64,000 nt of DNA from Patescibacteria group bacterium (GCA_028699085.1 JAQVVF010000003.1:25721-89720), one strand, 5' to 3'. Shown: positions 40,401-50,731, counted from the stretch's first letter. Program-made: numbers and translations. Notes: a model not told the origin generated them from the sequence alone.

Positions 40401-41281
40401 TTTTTAACTAATTTCAGTCTTCTCTTAATTTTTTTCTTAATTTGAGCTGGCGCGTTGATTACTTCTTTCTCCAAATCAACTGCCATTTTTTCCAAATTAA
40501 TTTCAGCTAAAACTTTTCTTACTGCTTCAGCGCCAATAGAAGCTTTAAAAACATGTCCGTATTTCAAAGATAAATTTCTATACTTCAATTCAGAAATAAC
40601 ACTTAATTTCTTAATATCTTTGACTTCATCTTTTTCAAAGTTAAAAACTTTATTCAATTTTTGTTGTTCTTTTTCTTTTTCTGAATACAAAGCTTTTAAT
40701 CTTTTTTCCGCATCAGCAGAATTTCCTTTTTCGGACTTTTGTTTTACTTTTAATTGCTTTAATTCTGAAGCTAAATTTTTATACTTATCATCGATTGTTC
40801 TTTTCTTGGTCTTAAATTCATCTTCCAATTCATTCAAAGTTTCTACTTTTGCTTTCTCATCAACAGAAGTTATTAAATAACTAGCAAAATAAACAACCTT
40901 TTCCAAACTTTTTGCAGACAAATCCAAAATCAATCCAACTTTAGATGGAACACCTCTAAGAAACCAGATATGAGAAACAGGAGCTGCTAATTCAATGTGG
41001 CCCATTCTTTCACGTCTCACAATTGATCTCGTAACTTCGACACCGCATTTATCGCAGATTATTCCTTTATATCTGATTCTTTTATATTTTCCGCAATAAC
41101 ATTCCCAATCTTTTGTTGGACCAAAAATTCTTTCCGAAAACAGACCATCTTTTTCCGGACGTTGGGTACGATAGTTGATTGTCTCTGGTTTTTTAACTTC
41201 TCCATAAGACCAATCTAAAATTTCATCCGGAGAAGCCAGTTTTAATCTTATCGCATTAAAATCAGTTGTAATATTTGCCAT
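37457..41281 (-). CDS. rpoC: DNA-directed RNA polymerase subunit beta'
   Basis: 1274 aa with zinc-binding cysteines near the N-terminus (CYCGKY...CDKCGVEV) and the NADFDGD catalytic motif. Confidence 0.95.
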   Translation of the reverse strand: MANITTDFNAIRLKLASPDEILDWSYGEVKKPETINYRTQRPEKDGLFSERIFGPTKDWECYCGKYKRIRYKGIICDKCGVEVTRSIVRRERMGHIELAAPVSHIWFLRGVPSKVGLILDLSAKSLEKVVYFASYLITSVDEKAKVETLNELEDEFKTKKRTIDDKYKNLASELKQLKVKQKSEKGNSADAEKRLKALYSEKEKEQQKLNKVFNFEKDEVKDIKKLSVISELKYRNLSLKYGHVFKASIGAEAVRKVLAEINLEKMAVDLEKEVINAPAQIKKKIKRRLKLVKNLIKVGIRPEYTILTVLPVIPPDLRPMVQLDGGRYAASDLNDLYRRVINRNNRLKRLIELNAPEVICRNEKRMLQEAVDALLDNSARSGKVTAASTGQKRLLKSLADMLKGKQGRFRQNLLGKRVDYSGRSVIVIGPHLKLGECGIPKTMALELFKPFVIHSLIKSEFAHNVRSAGKLIEEGRSEVWDALEETIADKYVLLNRAPTLHRLGIQAFKPILIEGKALQIHPMVCSAFNADFDGDQMAVHVPLTSMAQKEAKEIMSATHNLLKPATGVPITVPSQDIVLGCYYISNMRVGMKGEGKIFSDAEEAILAYENDLVDIRAKIKVRIDNEITETCVGRIIFNRVLPEDFGFRNSVFDKKALRELIGECLHKHGGETTVKLVDAIKEIGFEYLTRSGLSWGMDDLKLPKEKAGMMLEATKKIEEIRQQYKSGLLTDHERYVKVIETWANVKDKITDVTRNTVEEFGPVFAMVESGARGSWPQIVQMMGMRGLMAAPSGKTIELPVKNSFKEGLGVLEYFISTHGARKGLTDTALRTANAGYLTRRLIDVSQDIIIQAEECSDTKGLEITKKDSTEMNTTIGDRILGRTLASDIKDQSGKIVIKKGEIVTRAYGKLIDSLDLDSVRIFSVITCKMERGICQKCYGWDLGKNEKVAIGQAVGIIAAQSIGEPGTQLTMRTFHTGGVASEGDIIQGLPRVEELFEARGIKKPAIFAELDGIASIEEEKDRKILRIVASNVSKDLYQFGANDKLVVKDATDVNKGDVLIKTEKGKDVKAKASGFVKIDGQNLIIVKEGDVEKEYILPNNAVLWVKNKDLVSKGQQLTEGALDLQNLFKSCGREAIQKYILKEVQYIYSSQGQDVDDKHVELIIRQMLNWVRVRKAGKSDLIAGDVMNRVKFLAVRDQLKKDGKELPEADELLLGITKSSLSTDSFLSAASFQETARVLIDASITGKVDELKGLKENVILGKLIPAGTGYVRKV

Positions 41282-41305
41282 TGATTTATATTAGTAAATT
41301 TGTAA

Positions 41306-41398
41306 TTAGTGACTAGTAACTAGTTAAACGTTAACAATGAAACAATTTAGCAATGGAACAATTAGTTAACTTATCTAACCAGTCTAACTTATTTAACT
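41306..41398 (+). repeat. Two clusters of phased 7-9-bp repeats in the rpoB-rpoC intergenic region
   Basis: The first cluster is TAGTGAC TAGTAAC TAGTTAAAC GTTAAC (41306-41336). The second is TAGTTAAC TTATCTAAC CAGTCTAAC TTATTTAAC (41363-41398). The second cluster closely resembles the array at 17161-17196. Confidence 0.6.
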
Positions 41399-41432
41399 TG
41401 CCAATATCCGTAATATCACAATATCCGAAATA

Positions 41433-44400
41433 TTATTTCCGTTCGTACTTCTTTTCTTCAGTTTCAAGAATATTTCCAGATTTATCCAAAATTTCAACAT
41501 TCAAAGCTAAGCTTTTTAATTCTTTAACTAAAACACTGAATGATTCTGGAACGTTTGGTTGTCTAATCGTTTCACCTTTAATAATTGCTTCATAAGTCTT
41601 AGAACGTCCAATAACATCATCTGATTTTATTGTTAATAATTCCTGTAGAACATGAGAAGCGCCATAAGCTTCAATTGCCCATACTTCCATTTCACCAAAT
41701 CTTTGTCCACCGAATTGTGCTTTACCGCCTAATGGCTGTTGAGTAACCAAAGAGTACGGTCCGATTGATCTTTGGTGAATCTTGTCTTCAACTAAGTGAT
41801 AAAGTTTCAAGATATACATCACACCAACTGTTGTTTTTTCTGCAAATGGACTGCCTGTTCTGCCATCATAAAGTTGAACTTTGCCATTTTCTGGCCAATT
41901 TGCTCTTTTTAGTTCAGATTTAATTGTTTCTTCTTTTACACCATCCAAAACAGGAGTTGCGACTTTATAGCCTAATAATTTTGCAGCCATGCCCAAGTGT
42001 ACTTCCAAAATCTGGCCTTGATTCATACGAGAAGGCACGCCTAATGGATTCAAAATAATATCAACTGTTCTGCCATCAGGTAAATATGGCATATCTTCTT
42101 GAGGAACAATCTTTGAGATAACACCTTTATTACCATGACGACCAGCCAATTTGTCACCAACTTGGATTTTTCGAAGTTGAGCAACAGAAACCTGAATTGT
42201 TTTTATTACACCAGTTGGCAATTTATCACCTTTTTCTCTAGAAAATATTTTTACATCTACAACCTTGCCATGTTCGCCATGTTGTAGATATAAAGAAGTA
42301 TCTTTTACATCTCTAGCTTTTTCACCAAAAATTGCTCTTAGTAATCTCTCTTCTGCAGTCAATTCAGTCTCACCTTTTGGAGTAATTTTGCCTACTAGAA
42401 TATCAGAAGAAGTAACTTGAGCTCCAACTCTGACAATTCCTTCTTCATCCAAATCTTTTAATTTTTCTTCACCAACATTTGGAATATCGCGAGTTACTAA
42501 CTCTGAACCTAATTTTGTATCACGAACATCAATTGAAAAATCCTCAATATGAATTGAGCTATAAACATCTTCTCGAACAAGTCTATCAGAAATCAACATC
42601 GCATCTTCAAAATTACCACCTTGCCATGCCATAAATGCAACAACAACATTTTTACCTAAAGCTAATTCACCTTTGTCAGTTGAAGATCCATCAGCAATAA
42701 TCTGACCTTTCTTTACTTTTTCACCCATCGACACAATTGGTCTCTGATCAATACAAGTTGAAGTATTTGATCTTAAAAAATTTAATAATTTATATTCTCT
42801 AATATTTTTGTTAGCTTCTAATACCTTTATTCTTTTTCCTGATACTTCAATAATCTCACCATCTTTTTTACAAACAATTACTACGCCAGAATCTTTAGCA
42901 GCTCTTTCTTCACAACCTGTTCCAACGATTGGTGAATCAGGATTAATACAAGGGACAGCCTGACGTTGCATATTTGAACCCATCAAAGCACGATTCGCAT
43001 CATCATGTTCCAAAAACGGAATCAAAGCTGTTGTAATAGAAACAATTTGTTTTGGAGAAATATCCATATATTCAATTTTACCAGTTGCTTCCATTAAAGG
43101 TTCACCTGCAATAATAACTTCCGCTCTTTTACCAGTAAAATATCCCTTTTCATCAATCGGAATTGTAGCTGGAGCTGTTACGTGTTTTTCTTCTTCAATT
43201 GCATCTAAATATTCAATGTCTTCTGTTACTCTTGACCTGATTTGGATAACTTTCAAGCCAGCATTCTTGATTTTGTCAATATCTTTTTTATCAATTAATT
43301 TATCAGCTGGTATGATTGTTTTTCCTTTTTCATCCAAAATTCCTGCTTTATAAGAAATTTCACCAATTGCTTTTTCGGCCTGTTCGATAGGAATCTCTCT
43401 CAAAACCTTTCTATAAGGAGTTTCAATAAAACCATATTCATTAATTCTCGCATAAGAAGAAAGATGGCCAACCAAACCAATGTTTGGACCTTCAGGAGTC
43501 GAAATTGGACAAATTCTACCATAGTGAGTTCTGTGTACATCACGAACATCAAAACCTGCTCTCTCACGAGACAAACCGCCAGGACCCATTGCTGATAGTC
43601 TTCTCTTATGCTCTAACTCGGACAATGGATTTGTCTGATCCATAAATTGAGAAAGTTGAGAAGACATAAAGAATTCTCTGATTGAAGAGATAACTGGTCT
43701 AGCATTAATCAATTGAGCTGGAGTAGAAGTATTAATATCCAAAGTACTCATTCTATCTCTAATAATTCTTTCCATTCTCATTAAACCAACTCTCATCTTA
43801 TTCTGGACTAGTTCACCAATAGCTCTCACTCTTCTATTGCCTAGATGATCAATATCATCAGGATTACCTTGATTAATATTTAATTTAATCAATTCCTTGA
43901 TAACATTAACAAGATCTTCTTTTCTTAAAACTCTATTTTGCTTGTTAATAACAATTTTTTCACCCAATCTTTTGTTCATTTTAAAACGTCCGACTTTGCC
44001 AAAATCGTATCTTTCAAAATTAAAAAACATTGCTTCAATCAATGATCTTGCATTATCTGCCGTAGCTAAATCACCAGGTCTGATTCTTTTATAAACTTCA
44101 ATAAAACCTTCAGCTTGATTTTTTGCAATGTCTTTTTCTAATGTATTTTTAATGAATTTTCTATCAGGCAAAGTATCAACATCTTTGAATTGAGCTAAAA
44201 TTTCTTCGTCAGAAGAAAAACCAAAAGCCCTTAACAATGATGTTACAGGTACTTTTCTCTTACGATCAATTTTTGCATAAATAACACTTTTTGAATCTGT
44301 TTCAATTTCAATCCAAGCGCCACGATTAGGAATAATTTTTGCTCCAAATAATTTTTCGCCTTTTGTTAATTCAGCAGTAAAGAAAACACCAGGAGATCTG

Positions 44401-44798
44401 ATTAATTGAGAAACAACTACTCTTTCAACACCATTAATAATAAATGTTCCTCGATCAGTCATTAATGGAAATTCACCTAAATATACTTCTTGTTCTTTTA
44501 TTTCCCCAGTTTGCTTGTTAACTAATTGGACCTTACAACGAACAGAAGCCTCATAAGTTGCATTTCTAGATTTTGCTGCTACTTCATCAACTTTCGGTTC
44601 GTCAATAATATAATCAACAAAACTTAATTCTAGATTTTTTTCTGTAAAATCCTTGATTGGTGAGATTTCATCAAACAATTCTTTCAAGCCTTCTTTAAAA
44701 AACCAATCATAAGAATCAGTTTGAACTCTGATTAAATCAGGAAGTTCAATAACATCATGCAATTTAGTGAAAAATTTTCTTTTTTGCTTTTGAGGCAT
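41433..44798 (-). CDS. rpoB: DNA-directed RNA polymerase subunit beta. The start is taken at [10 protein letters not shown]..., that is Met19 of the track ORF.
   Basis: Canonical beta-subunit motifs run throughout the protein. The 18-codon 5' extension in the ORF track ([18 protein letters not shown]) looks like untranslated leader. Confidence 0.95.
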   Translation of the reverse strand: MPQKQKRKFFTKLHDVIELPDLIRVQTDSYDWFFKEGLKELFDEISPIKDFTEKNLELSFVDYIIDEPKVDEVAAKSRNATYEASVRCKVQLVNKQTGEIKEQEVYLGEFPLMTDRGTFIINGVERVVVSQLIRSPGVFFTAELTKGEKLFGAKIIPNRGAWIEIETDSKSVIYAKIDRKRKVPVTSLLRAFGFSSDEEILAQFKDVDTLPDRKFIKNTLEKDIAKNQAEGFIEVYKRIRPGDLATADNARSLIEAMFFNFERYDFGKVGRFKMNKRLGEKIVINKQNRVLRKEDLVNVIKELIKLNINQGNPDDIDHLGNRRVRAIGELVQNKMRVGLMRMERIIRDRMSTLDINTSTPAQLINARPVISSIREFFMSSQLSQFMDQTNPLSELEHKRRLSAMGPGGLSRERAGFDVRDVHRTHYGRICPISTPEGPNIGLVGHLSSYARINEYGFIETPYRKVLREIPIEQAEKAIGEISYKAGILDEKGKTIIPADKLIDKKDIDKIKNAGLKVIQIRSRVTEDIEYLDAIEEEKHVTAPATIPIDEKGYFTGKRAEVIIAGEPLMEATGKIEYMDISPKQIVSITTALIPFLEHDDANRALMGSNMQRQAVPCINPDSPIVGTGCEERAAKDSGVVIVCKKDGEIIEVSGKRIKVLEANKNIREYKLLNFLRSNTSTCIDQRPIVSMGEKVKKGQIIADGSSTDKGELALGKNVVVAFMAWQGGNFEDAMLISDRLVREDVYSSIHIEDFSIDVRDTKLGSELVTRDIPNVGEEKLKDLDEEGIVRVGAQVTSSDILVGKITPKGETELTAEERLLRAIFGEKARDVKDTSLYLQHGEHGKVVDVKIFSREKGDKLPTGVIKTIQVSVAQLRKIQVGDKLAGRHGNKGVISKIVPQEDMPYLPDGRTVDIILNPLGVPSRMNQGQILEVHLGMAAKLLGYKVATPVLDGVKEETIKSELKRANWPENGKVQLYDGRTGSPFAEKTTVGVMYILKLYHLVEDKIHQRSIGPYSLVTQQPLGGKAQFGGQRFGEMEVWAIEAYGASHVLQELLTIKSDDVIGRSKTYEAIIKGETIRQPNVPESFSVLVKELKSLALNVEILDKSGNILETEEKKYERK

Positions 44799-45099
44799 AA
44801 GTTTAAAAATATGAAAAAAATAAAAATATAAAAATATTTCTCTATATATCAACCTTTAAGACAAATGCCTGAGTTATCCACAGCTCTAGGAGATACAAAA
44901 AAATAGCCAAAAAATGACTTATTTGGCTTATTTAAAGTCTTTTATAAATATCACGCCCGAGGTAATTAACCTCTGCTTTGAATATCATACTTCCAGTATA
45001 AGCGTTTTATTTAAAAAGTCAAGCTTTTTTTAATTACAAACACTATTATGGCTAACATTAAGCAAAATATAACATATATGCTCTTTTTATCCACAACGC

Positions 45100-46359
45100 T
45101 TATCCTTCAATTCCAGTAATTATATCTCGTAATTTTAATAATCCTTCATTTTCGTCTTTACCAGACTCTTTAGTAGATAGCTCTCGATTCATTTTTCGTC
45201 CTATCTTCTCTCTTTGTTTTTCTAATTTTCTTTCTTTATGAGATGTTGCCAAAAAATGCTCTACTTCCTCGCTAACAACCATTACTGCTCCAGCAATTCT
45301 TGACAAATTTGATTCAGTCATTTTTTTTGATCTTGCTAAAATATTTGCCAATTTACCTCCAAGTTTTTCCAAACCAGATAATTTTCTAAGTTCGTCAGGC
45401 TTATAACCAAGCTCGCTTGCAATTCCACCAATCTTTTTTGCAATTTCATCAATTCTTTTAAATGACTTTTCCGATATCTTTTTACTTGCAGAAAATTGAC
45501 TTACAGCAATAGCATCAACCTTTGCTTCAAAATGCTTAAAAGCCGGAATTTCTGCTGTTTCAGTTCTCTCAGATAAAAATTTTGCCTTAGATTCCTCTGT
45601 AGTTGGCGGATCCCAATCATCATAAGGTGCTTTTTCAAAAGGAACATGAGTTATTCCTTCTTGTTTCCTTGTTTCTTGCCTAGCTAGATCTTCCGTTACT
45701 GCTTTCCACATTGCTTCTACATCAGAAGCTTCGCCTTCATCTTCATGACCATCTTGCAACCAAATCGGCAATTCAGTTTTTGTCTGTTCTACTTCTGCTC
45801 TCGATTTAGCTACCCATCTACCATTTTTATATTCTGCTGGAATTACCTCTATAATATCTATAATATCTTTATCCTCAAGAGGAGACCATTCTTCTTCCAA
45901 TGCAGGAGCTTCTTGAACTTTTTGCCCATAATAAGCTTCTTTAGCAGTTGGCACTTCTTCTGGATATATCTCTTTATGTGTCGGCAATTCTTCATGAAAA
46001 AATTGCTCGCGATCAGCAGCGTCTAATTTTTTATTCCACTCCTGCCAAACCCTTTTTTCTTCAGCTGTCTTTGGCATTCTCGGCAAATCTTCTTTTTTAA
46101 GAGGCAAAATATCCTCAAAATTAATCAAATTGCCTTCTTCAAAAATTTGTTCCGGTTCAACTTCCATTTCTGGCTCTTCAACTGTTTTTATATTTTCCTC
46201 ATGCAATTCTCTCTCTTTATTTTTTAAAAAATTTTTTTCTTCATCTGTTGCTTCACCAGATTGAACTTCAGTAATTTCATGAGTCCTTTTAACACCAGTT
46301 TTTTGCCGACTCAGACTCTCTTCATCTGCAAAATTATTACTCGCTTCTCTTTGTGCCAT
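45100..46359 (-). CDS. Hypothetical, highly acidic protein, 419 aa (paralog P3)
   Basis: It is E/D-rich. It shares the segments HEITEVQSGEATDEEKNFL and GYKPDELRKLSGLEKLGG with the 46839..47933 product. Confidence 0.55.
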   Translation of the reverse strand: MAQREASNNFADEESLSRQKTGVKRTHEITEVQSGEATDEEKNFLKNKERELHEENIKTVEEPEMEVEPEQIFEEGNLINFEDILPLKKEDLPRMPKTAEEKRVWQEWNKKLDAADREQFFHEELPTHKEIYPEEVPTAKEAYYGQKVQEAPALEEEWSPLEDKDIIDIIEVIPAEYKNGRWVAKSRAEVEQTKTELPIWLQDGHEDEGEASDVEAMWKAVTEDLARQETRKQEGITHVPFEKAPYDDWDPPTTEESKAKFLSERTETAEIPAFKHFEAKVDAIAVSQFSASKKISEKSFKRIDEIAKKIGGIASELGYKPDELRKLSGLEKLGGKLANILARSKKMTESNLSRIAGAVMVVSEEVEHFLATSHKERKLEKQREKIGRKMNRELSTKESGKDENEGLLKLRDIITGIEG

Positions 46360-46415
46360 ATTTTTAAAAAATTAATTTTTAGTTCTATCAAGACATTATA
46401 TACAATTCCTCAATA

Positions 46416-46805
46416 TTATTTAATCTGTTCTTTTATTCTTCTTTTTTTATCTTCTTCAACCATTTTTACCGCATCTTGAAAAACACTATCAAGCCTTCCA
46501 TCTAACTTTTCAATTCCTTTTTGATATTCATCATAAGCATATTTCATTCTCTTCAACATTCTAAAATAAATCAAATCCAAAACTAATTTGTCTTGATGAA
46601 TTTCAGTACCCAAATTTTCTTTTGTTTTTTCTTTATCTTTAATTCCTTTTTGCACTTTTTTGATATGATTATCAATTGCCTTGATAATATTATCGCGCAC
46701 TTTTTTACTTAGACCTTCAGTTTCTATCTTTTTGATCAAGCTATTTTTTTCACGAGTTGTTAAATCAGATTGTTTGATTAATTCGATTGCTTTTTTTGTT
46801 TCCAT
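46416..46805 (-). CDS. Hypothetical small charged protein (P2), probably coiled-coil, 129 aa
   Basis: The ORF lies between the two acidic paralogs and is K/E-rich. Confidence 0.45.
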   Translation of the reverse strand: METKKAIELIKQSDLTTREKNSLIKKIETEGLSKKVRDNIIKAIDNHIKKVQKGIKDKEKTKENLGTEIHQDKLVLDLIYFRMLKRMKYAYDEYQKGIEKLDGRLDSVFQDAVKMVEEDKKRRIKEQIK

Positions 46806-46838
46806 ATTTTTATTATTTAAAATATTTTTTAAAAAAAA

Positions 46839-47933
46839 TTATTCGCTAGGACTTACTTCAAATTTAGCTCTCAATTGTTCAAAACGCTCTCTTTGTTTTA
46901 ATAATTTTTCATATTCTTTTCTTTCACTTTTTTCTTTTCTTTTTTCTTCCCATGCTTTAATTTTTTCTTTTGTTCTTTTTATTTCTGCTGGAAAATCTTT
47001 TGCTATTTCTTCATAAGCTTTTTGAGCCTCAGTAGAAATATCTCTTAAACCATCGTCCATTTTTTTTATCGCCAATTTTGGTAAATTTTCTCCAGCTGCA
47101 ACAGTACCATATCCCAAATCACGCATCGTTCTTCCAAACATTGATAAACCATTTTTTATTCGCCCACTAAACAAACCCTTTAGCAATCCTCCAGCATTAC
47201 TCAAACCTTTCTTAGCATATTTCGTTAACTTTTCTACTGTTTGTCTACCTTGTTCAACATTCCAAATCTTTGCATCAGCTACTGTTTGAGCATCAAAATT
47301 TTTCTCAACATCAGACACTAAAAGATTCGTATCTTCATCAAATGACGTATCAGTATTCCCAATCAGATTATCAACCGTTTGACTAAAGGAATCTTCAGGC
47401 CAATATTTTGCAAAAAGATTTTCAACCTCTGGATTATCATATACTTCTTCCTCTGCAGTCTTCAAAACTTCTTCCACTTCCGCAGTTTTTACACCACCAC
47501 GTCCTTCATTTTTTCTAATCTCTTCAGCAATTTGTGCCAAGATGTCTTCTCCTTCCATTTCTAATGGAGAAGGAGGCGCTTCCACTTCTTCAAATTTAGC
47601 TCTTTCTAAAAAAGCTTTTTCTTCTTCTGTTGCTTCACCCTCTTCAACTTCAGTAACTTTATGCTCTTTTTTTACACCTGTAGCACTTGATTTTTTCTTG
47701 CCATTCTCATCAACTTCTTGGATATCTTTATCAGCGACTTCTAACTCTTTAACAGTTGATGCTTCTTTTACTGTAGGTGCGGCTTCTTCTGCCACAGTTG
47801 GTACATCAACCTCTGCTATTGTTGGCGCATCTTCAACAACAACGCCTTTTCTTTTTCTAGTTCTCTTTCCAGATTTTGCTTGTTCTTTATAAAACTCTTC
47901 TTGATCTGGAACATCAATATTTCTTCTTGCCAT
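46839..47933 (-). CDS. Hypothetical, highly acidic protein, 364 aa (paralog P1), with a basic N-terminal patch (KSGKRTRKRKG)
   Basis: It shares HKVTEVEEGEATEEEKAFL and other segments with the 45100..46359 product. Confidence 0.55.
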   Translation of the reverse strand: MARRNIDVPDQEEFYKEQAKSGKRTRKRKGVVVEDAPTIAEVDVPTVAEEAAPTVKEASTVKELEVADKDIQEVDENGKKKSSATGVKKEHKVTEVEEGEATEEEKAFLERAKFEEVEAPPSPLEMEGEDILAQIAEEIRKNEGRGGVKTAEVEEVLKTAEEEVYDNPEVENLFAKYWPEDSFSQTVDNLIGNTDTSFDEDTNLLVSDVEKNFDAQTVADAKIWNVEQGRQTVEKLTKYAKKGLSNAGGLLKGLFSGRIKNGLSMFGRTMRDLGYGTVAAGENLPKLAIKKMDDGLRDISTEAQKAYEEIAKDFPAEIKRTKEKIKAWEEKRKEKSERKEYEKLLKQRERFEQLRAKFEVSPSE

Positions 47934-48001
47934 AAATTTTAATTTAGTTTTTTACAAAAAATATCCTTATTTAAATATAACACAAAATAATATTTTCTGC
48001 A

Positions 48002-48673
48002 TTATTTTTTTGGCTTTGTAATATGTGGCTCTCTTAAATAATAAGGCACGACAATATTATTTTGTTCTTCATTATTCAAACGTTCATTGCCAATTTTAAA
48101 TAAATTTTCTAATACATCATTATCAAAATCATCTTTTATCTTAATATCCAAAACTTTATCTTTCAATTTTTCTCTAATTATTTTTTCTTTTTCAGAATCA
48201 ATTTGTCCAATAAAATGGCAAGGAGTATTTATCTTTTTACACAAGTCATCTAAATTTAACACTCCTCTATCTTCCAGTTTATTATTTTTGGTTTCAAAAT
48301 AAATCAAATCGCTAATATTTTCCAAAATAATCACCATATCATGTTCTTCAATTCTGGCAGTTTGACGTTCCGACTCTCCGATGCTCTGACGCTCCATTGT
48401 CTCAAATCTATCCACGCCAACTACTTTGCAATTCCAGCCAAAAGCTAAAGCATTCGCAGTCGCAATACCAACTCGCAATCCAGTATAAGATCCAGGACCT
48501 GTCACAACAATAATTCCATCGATCTTATTATTACCAACTAATTTTTTAATAATTGGCAATAAATCTTCTGATTGCCTTAAATTTGCTTCCCAAATTTTTT
48601 TCTTAATAATCTTTTTTTCGTGAGCAATACCCACAAAAGATATATAAGTTGCCGTATTTATTAATAATATCAT
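48002..48673 (-). CDS. tsaB: tRNA threonylcarbamoyladenosine biosynthesis protein TsaB (YeaZ), with a C-terminal extension of about 90 aa
   Basis: The motif VVTGPGSYTGLRVGIATANALAFG is present. The inactive Kae1/TsaD-like fold is about 130 aa and is followed by a charged extension. Confidence 0.7.
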   Translation of the reverse strand: MILLINTATYISFVGIAHEKKIIKKKIWEANLRQSEDLLPIIKKLVGNNKIDGIIVVTGPGSYTGLRVGIATANALAFGWNCKVVGVDRFETMERQSIGESERQTARIEEHDMVIILENISDLIYFETKNNKLEDRGVLNLDDLCKKINTPCHFIGQIDSEKEKIIREKLKDKVLDIKIKDDFDNDVLENLFKIGNERLNNEEQNNIVVPYYLREPHITKPKK

Positions 48674-48760
48674 TTTAAAAAAATAAATTTTATGTTATAT
48701 TTTCTATATTAAGTTCAACTTTATGAACTTTAAAAACTTTATAACTTCATAACTAATAAC

Positions 48761-49216
48761 ATGTTTATTGTTCCAAAAATATTAATCATTGCACTCGTTG
48801 CCGGTGTTCTCGTCCAAATCATAAAAGTTTTTGTCATGTCCTGGCAGAATAAAGAGCTATTCAATATCCATTATTTATCACGTTATGGAGGCATGCCATC
48901 TACTCATTCTGCCTTTTTAGCTTCTTTAACATCAGCTGTTTTTTTGGAAGACGGCTATGCATCAACATCTTTCGCAATTTGTTTAATCTTTTCCATTATT
49001 ATTATTAGAGATGCCTTTGGTTTTAGAATGCTTTTAGAAAATCAAGGAAAAACATTGCTTAGAATGATTGAAAATCATAGACAAGAATTCAAAGAAGTTG
49101 AAAAATATCGAAGATTTAAAACTTTAGGTCTAAGAGTCGGCCATACTTTGCCTGAAATATTTGTTGGCGCGATGATTGGAATATTAGTTACGCTCTCTCT
49201 ATTCTTCATAATCTAA
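48761..49216 (+). CDS. Divergent PAP2 family membrane protein (DUF212-like)
   Basis: 151 aa and 4 TM helices. The motifs GGMPSTHSAF and GHTLPEIFVGAMIG resemble the divergent PAP2 / acid-phosphatase-related family. Confidence 0.5.
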   Translation: MFIVPKILIIALVAGVLVQIIKVFVMSWQNKELFNIHYLSRYGGMPSTHSAFLASLTSAVFLEDGYASTSFAICLIFSIIIIRDAFGFRMLLENQGKTLLRMIENHRQEFKEVEKYRRFKTLGLRVGHTLPEIFVGAMIGILVTLSLFFII

Positions 49217-49297
49217 TCTGCAAAAAGACAAATCCCAAACAACAAACAAATTCCAAAAAGGCTTAAGTTTCGACATTTGAACTTTAACATTCATTTG

Positions 49298-50731
49298 TCA
49301 TTTGACATTTTTAATTTGTAATTTCTTGAGCTCTTCTTTCGCTACCTTTCGATCATCCCATTCTATTCCTTTTCCAGATCCAACAGGTCCAGTCATTATC
49401 ATTTGCTCACAACCTTTGCCAGTTATCAAAATCACATCATTTGCATGTGCTTTTTTTATTGCCAAAGCAATTGCCTCTCGTCTATTTAAAATCTTAAACA
49501 AATTCTCATCCAATCGTTTTGGCAAAGCATTAGAGATTCTATTAGATTTATTAGAGATAGTATTCGAGAAATCAATAGCACCCTGCGCCACATCATCAAT
49601 AATTTTCTGCGGGTCATCATCGTAAGGATCTTCATTAGTCACAATAACGATATCAGCAAATTTTGCTGCTAAAGCTCCTAATTTTGGCCGTCTCGCCACA
49701 TCTCTTCCTCCTCCTGTCGATCCAAGCACTGAAATTAGCTTGCCTATTTTATTTTTATCTTCCGCTTCTTCAAATTTCCGATTTTCTGACGTTCCGATTA
49801 TCTGACGCACTGTTTTATAAACATTCTCGAGAGCTACTGGCTCAAAAGCATAATCAACAATTACTTTAAAATTCTGCCCTTCTTCTATAAATTCCATTTT
49901 ACCCAAATGCAATTTTACAGTTTTCAAAATCTCAGCCGATTTTTTTAAATCGATTCCATATAGAAAAGCAACAGCGATTGCAGACAACGCATTATACACG
50001 TTATACTCGCCAAGCATATTCAAAGTAAAATCAACATTTTTTTCAACATTAGTCATTTGACATTGGTCATTCATTTGGCATTTGTAATTTGTAATTTGAA
50101 ATTTAACCTGCAATCCTTCAGTTTTAATATCGATTGCGTGCAAATTACAGTTTCCATTTTTAATTCCAAAAGTTAATTTTTCTCTAACTAAAAAATCTAA
50201 AAACTCTGGCGCATATTTGCTATCAGCATTTGCAACGATTTTATTTTTTACAACTCTGAAAAATTTTAGCTTTGCTTTTTTATAATTTTCAAAACCACCA
50301 TGCGCCTCAACATGTTCAAAAAATAAATTCGTAAACACCCCACAATCAAAATCAATTCCTTTATGGCGATATTGTTCAATTCCTTGTGACGTTACTTCAA
50401 TTACGCAAAAATTACAACCTGCTTGAACAGCCTTTTTCAAAAATTTTTGTGTTTTAAACCTTCCTAACATTGTCTGTTTGTATTTGCTAATCCACCCATC
50501 TTCTTTAATCGCAAAATTTGATGTCGACATCATTGCGCAATTTTTTCCAGATTTTTGCAAAATTTGATAAATCAAATTACAAGTTGTTGTTTTTCCAGTC
50601 GTACCAGTCACGCCAATTACAGTCAGCTTTTTAGATGGATGTCCGTACAAAAAAGCAGCCAGTTCAGCCAATATAAAGTGGTAAAGCCTTAAAATCGGTT
50701 TTGGTATAATTTTTCGTAAAATATTCATCAT
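49298..50731 (-). CDS. murE: Mur ligase family protein, probably UDP-N-acetylmuramoyl-tripeptide synthetase MurE
   Basis: The P-loop is GVTGTTGKTTT. The Mur ligase middle and C-terminal domains are present (…DVILITGKGCEQ…). There is an odd in-frame insert, NYKCQMNDQCQMTN. The gene ends with a TGA stop. Confidence 0.75.
   Translation of the reverse strand: MMNILRKIIPKPILRLYHFILAELAAFLYGHPSKKLTVIGVTGTTGKTTTCNLIYQILQKSGKNCAMMSTSNFAIKEDGWISKYKQTMLGRFKTQKFLKKAVQAGCNFCVIEVTSQGIEQYRHKGIDFDCGVFTNLFFEHVEAHGGFENYKKAKLKFFRVVKNKIVANADSKYAPEFLDFLVREKLTFGIKNGNCNLHAIDIKTEGLQVKFQITNYKCQMNDQCQMTNVEKNVDFTLNMLGEYNVYNALSAIAVAFLYGIDLKKSAEILKTVKLHLGKMEFIEEGQNFKVIVDYAFEPVALENVYKTVRQIIGTSENRKFEEAEDKNKIGKLISVLGSTGGGRDVARRPKLGALAAKFADIVIVTNEDPYDDDPQKIIDDVAQGAIDFSNTISNKSNRISNALPKRLDENLFKILNRREAIALAIKKAHANDVILITGKGCEQMIMTGPVGSGKGIEWDDRKVAKEELKKLQIKNVK

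Noticed and set aside
17161-41398. Short tandem repeat arrays as a CRISPR array
   Set aside because: The units are 9 bp with no spacers. No cas genes are present. This is far too short and contiguous to be a CRISPR array.
44799-44852. 18-codon N-terminal extension of rpoB ([18 protein letters not shown])
   Set aside because: It is hydrophobic, unlike any RpoB N-terminus. A Met ([10 protein letters not shown]...) follows with the conserved beta-subunit start.
49298-49300. TGA recoding (genetic code 25, as in some CPR lineages)
   Set aside because: murE and other genes terminate cleanly at TGA. Long ORFs are intact under the standard code. There is no evidence of in-frame TGA codons in conserved genes.
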